From IMG/VR virus record IMGVR_UViG_2623620506_000008, positions 1-27,625 of that record: a DNA stretch of 27,625 nt. One strand, 5' to 3'. The notes below the pieces were generated by a model. The model was not told the origin of the DNA, ran no database searches, and saw only the letters and a list, made by a program, of their open reading frames with translations. The stretch comes from a virus. Its lineage: Duplodnaviria > Heunggongvirae > Uroviricota > Caudoviricetes. The translations under genes were made by a program, and so were the position numbers. Each line of letters begins with the position of its first letter. Positions within the stretch are counted from its first letter, which is position 1. Shown piece by piece: positions 25,568-27,625 of the stretch.

Positions 25568-25891
25568 ATGACAAATTTCCGACAGCTTTATAATGAGTTG
25601 TCGGAAGCCGGAGGTAATATGGCCAAGCTTCTTAACCTGCAGGAATGGGCTAAAGAAACCTATTCAACACCGCCCTCTCTTTCTACCCTTCGCCGCTGGG
25701 CCAGGGAGGGGCGCATCTTTCCTGCACCAGCGCTTCATGGCAAAGAATATAAGGTTCAACCGGATGCTATCTATGTGGATCCGAGCAAAAAGAACCTGCG
25801 ACCGAAACCTAAACACATGACGCTGCCCGCCGGCGGCACCCTACTGGAGAGACTGACTCATGGCGAAAAGGCCAGTACGTTACGACGCTAA
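25568..25891 (+). CDS. xis: Excisionase, lambda Xis-like
   Basis: LNLQEWAKETYSTPPSLSTLRRWAREGRIFPAPALHGKEYKV resembles recalled lambda Xis; preferred start ATG at 25619 with GGAGG RBS; overlaps the int start. Confidence 0.75.
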   Translation: MTNFRQLYNELSEAGGNMAKLLNLQEWAKETYSTPPSLSTLRRWAREGRIFPAPALHGKEYKVQPDAIYVDPSKKNLRPKPKHMTLPAGGTLLERLTHGEKASTLRR

Positions 25892-26945
25892 TCTGCCCCG
25901 TAACCTGACCTATCGTAAAAGAGACAGGCTTTATAGCTGGCGCAACCCGACAACCGGCCAGGAAATATCTCTTGGCCGGATCGACAGGAAGGATGCCATC
26001 TCTCAGGCCATAGAGGCCAACAACTACATCGAACAGAATTACCTGCCCTCAGCTCTGCTTGACCGCATAAAGGAGACCCCTACCTTTACGGTTAAGAGCT
26101 GGCTTGAACGGTACGAGGTGATCCTTGAGCGAAGAGAGTTGAAGCCAAACACCATGAAGGTCAGGCGAAATCAGATCGCAACCATTAAGGATGAATTCGG
26201 CAAGATGCCGTTATCCTCAGTTAGCACGAAGGACATATCAAACTTTCTTGAGTCCTATATTTTATGCGACAAGAAAAGCATGGCCGCCGGCCTACGGTCC
26301 GTGCTGCTGGACATTTTCAGGGAGGCTATTGTCGAAGGGCATATAGAAAGGAACCCAGCGGATCCTACGCGAACGCCGACACCAAAGGTAAAACGGGAGC
26401 GTTTGCTGCTCGAGCATTTTATAGTTATCCGCGCGGCAGCTGCTTCCCACTCGGAGTGGTTGCCGAACGCCTGCAATCTTGCTCTGGTTACAGGACAGCG
26501 CCGCGAGGACATTTCGCTTTTTCGGTTCAGTGACGTTAAGGATGGTAGGCTATTTGTTACGCAGGAGAAGACGGGACACAAACTGGCGCTGCCGCTTGAT
26601 TTGAAATTGGAGGCCGTGGATCTTGTGCTTGAAGAGGTAATCGAACGCTGCAGAGTAAATAATCCCTCAGACTTTATGCTTTTCTCCCCAGTCAGGCGTG
26701 GGGGCAGAAAGCCGGGCCCCTTAACTCCAGATGGTTTAACCCAGGCTTTTGCGGATGTGCGAGATGCAACGGCGTTAAAATTTGGCCCGAACCCACCGCC
26801 CTACCATGAGATCAGAAGCCTGGCCAGCAGACTATATGAAAAGGAACGTGGAGAGGAATTCACGCAACGTTTGCTCGGCCACAAAAATTTAACAATGACA
26901 AAAAAATACCTGGACGCACGCGGTGCAGAGTATGTTATGGTTTAG
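25860..26945 (+). CDS. int: Tyrosine integrase, lambda Int-like
   Basis: Extensive similarity to recalled lambda Int (LALVTGQRREDI, HEIRSLASRLYEKE, LLGHK, Tyr near the C-terminus). Confidence 0.9.
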   Translation: MAKRPVRYDANLPRNLTYRKRDRLYSWRNPTTGQEISLGRIDRKDAISQAIEANNYIEQNYLPSALLDRIKETPTFTVKSWLERYEVILERRELKPNTMKVRRNQIATIKDEFGKMPLSSVSTKDISNFLESYILCDKKSMAAGLRSVLLDIFREAIVEGHIERNPADPTRTPTPKVKRERLLLEHFIVIRAAAASHSEWLPNACNLALVTGQRREDISLFRFSDVKDGRLFVTQEKTGHKLALPLDLKLEAVDLVLEEVIERCRVNNPSDFMLFSPVRRGGRKPGPLTPDGLTQAFADVRDATALKFGPNPPPYHEIRSLASRLYEKERGEEFTQRLLGHKNLTMTKKYLDARGAEYVMV

Positions 26946-27213
26946 ACAGGATATGGATTATTCGAGTAAGTTTCGGGGGATTTCGTGAGAACACCGAAAA
27001 AACCCTTAAGAAACAAATAGATAAAAAGAGACCGAATACGATTCCTGTATTCGGTCCAGGGAAATGGCTCTTGGGAGAGAGCCGTGCGCTAAAAGTTGGC
27101 ATTAATGCAGGCTTAGTTGCCTTGCCCTTTAAGAATAGATGACGACGCCAGGTTTTCCAGTTTGCGTGCAAAATGGTCAATAAAAAGCGCGGTGGTCATC
27201 AGCTTAAATGTTA

Positions 27214-27257
27214 AAAACCGCCCGTTCTGGTGAAAGAACTGAGGCGGTTTTTTTATT
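27214..27257. terminator. Bidirectional rho-independent terminator between int and the host gene
   Basis: AACCGCC...GGCGGTT stem with inner GTTCT/AGAAC pairing, flanked by AAAAA on one side and TTTTTTTATT on the other. Confidence 0.5.
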
Positions 27258-27283
27258 GGAAATCAAAACGCTAGTTTAGGTAA

Positions 27284-27625
27284 TTAACAGAGTTTTTCAG
27301 CTCGTTCTATAAACGGTGCCAGACTCATTTTTTCGCCGGGATTGTTAGGATCATCAATCTGAATCACCGAAATGGGTTGGGCTTTAGTCTTCCCACTGGC
27401 AACTTCCTTTTGTGCGATATCGTTTAAAGGATACTGCACGAGGGTACTTGGGTTGATGACATACAAAGCATTACCCGGTCGGCAAGTCAGCATCACCTCT
27501 TCGCGATTAAACGCCCATTTGTCTTTACCCACTTCAAAACGGCTGACGGTAATCACCTGCGGTGCAGCCAGCGCCGCTGCAGAACTGGTGAGTAACAGAA
27601 ACGCCAGAATACTTTTTTTCATCAT
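27284..27625 (-). CDS. yebY: Host periplasmic protein, YebY-like (DUF2511)
   Basis: 113-aa product with signal peptide [22 protein letters not shown]; closely matches the recalled E. coli YebY; ORF starts at the window edge. Confidence 0.6.
   Translation of the reverse strand: MMKKSILAFLLLTSSAAALAAPQVITVSRFEVGKDKWAFNREEVMLTCRPGNALYVINPSTLVQYPLNDIAQKEVASGKTKAQPISVIQIDDPNNPGEKMSLAPFIERAEKLC

Larger units (their letters stand above)
1..27213. mobile_element. Lambdoid prophage, partial: head, lysis, nin, replication, immunity, recombination and integration modules. Left end is outside the window; right end lies between int and the host terminator.
   Basis: Uninterrupted phage gene order from major capsid to integrase; integrase converges on a host-like gene with its own terminator. 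Confidence 0.8.

Noticed and set aside
26935-27180. Minus-strand 81-aa ORF in the int-host intergenic region
   Set aside because: No RBS, overlaps the int 3' end and the inverted repeat; more likely non-coding att or regulatory DNA
26946-27283. tRNA gene as integration target
   Set aside because: No tRNA-like T-arm or acceptor-stem features are evident; the integration site appears to be intergenic next to the yebY-like gene

Overview
The window is almost entirely one lambdoid (Rac/lambda-mosaic) prophage of an enterobacterial host (roughly 55-60% GC). All calls rest on reading the sequence and on recalled family signatures; no database search was run, so family names are hypotheses. Minus strand, right to left in coordinates: Cro-like and YdaT/CII-like regulators, O-like initiator with in-gene iterons, lambda P-like helicase loader, four uncharacterised early genes, a nin region with NinG, antiterminator Q, a late promoter/tR'-like region, holin, lambda R-like endolysin, Rz/Rz1 spanins, small and large terminase, portal, head morphogenesis protein, scaffold-like protein, decoration-like protein and major capsid protein. 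The prophage continues past the left edge. Plus strand: an HTH repressor lacking a peptidase S24 domain, two small genes, a RecE-like exonuclease, a Redbeta/RecT-like annealase, a Dam-like methyltransferase, excisionase and a lambda-like integrase, ending next to a host YebY-like gene. The most interesting locus is a low-GC island (12724..14458) inside the early-right operon: it carries a near-consensus LexA (SOS) box and an opposite-strand 347-aa orphan gene with no recognisable domain. This is a candidate SOS-controlled antirepressor, toxin or defence/anti-defence module, and would fit the S24-less repressor. Other findings include shared OR/OL operator 17-mers, an origin-like iteron array, two further morons with their own terminators, and a UUCG hairpin upstream of dam.
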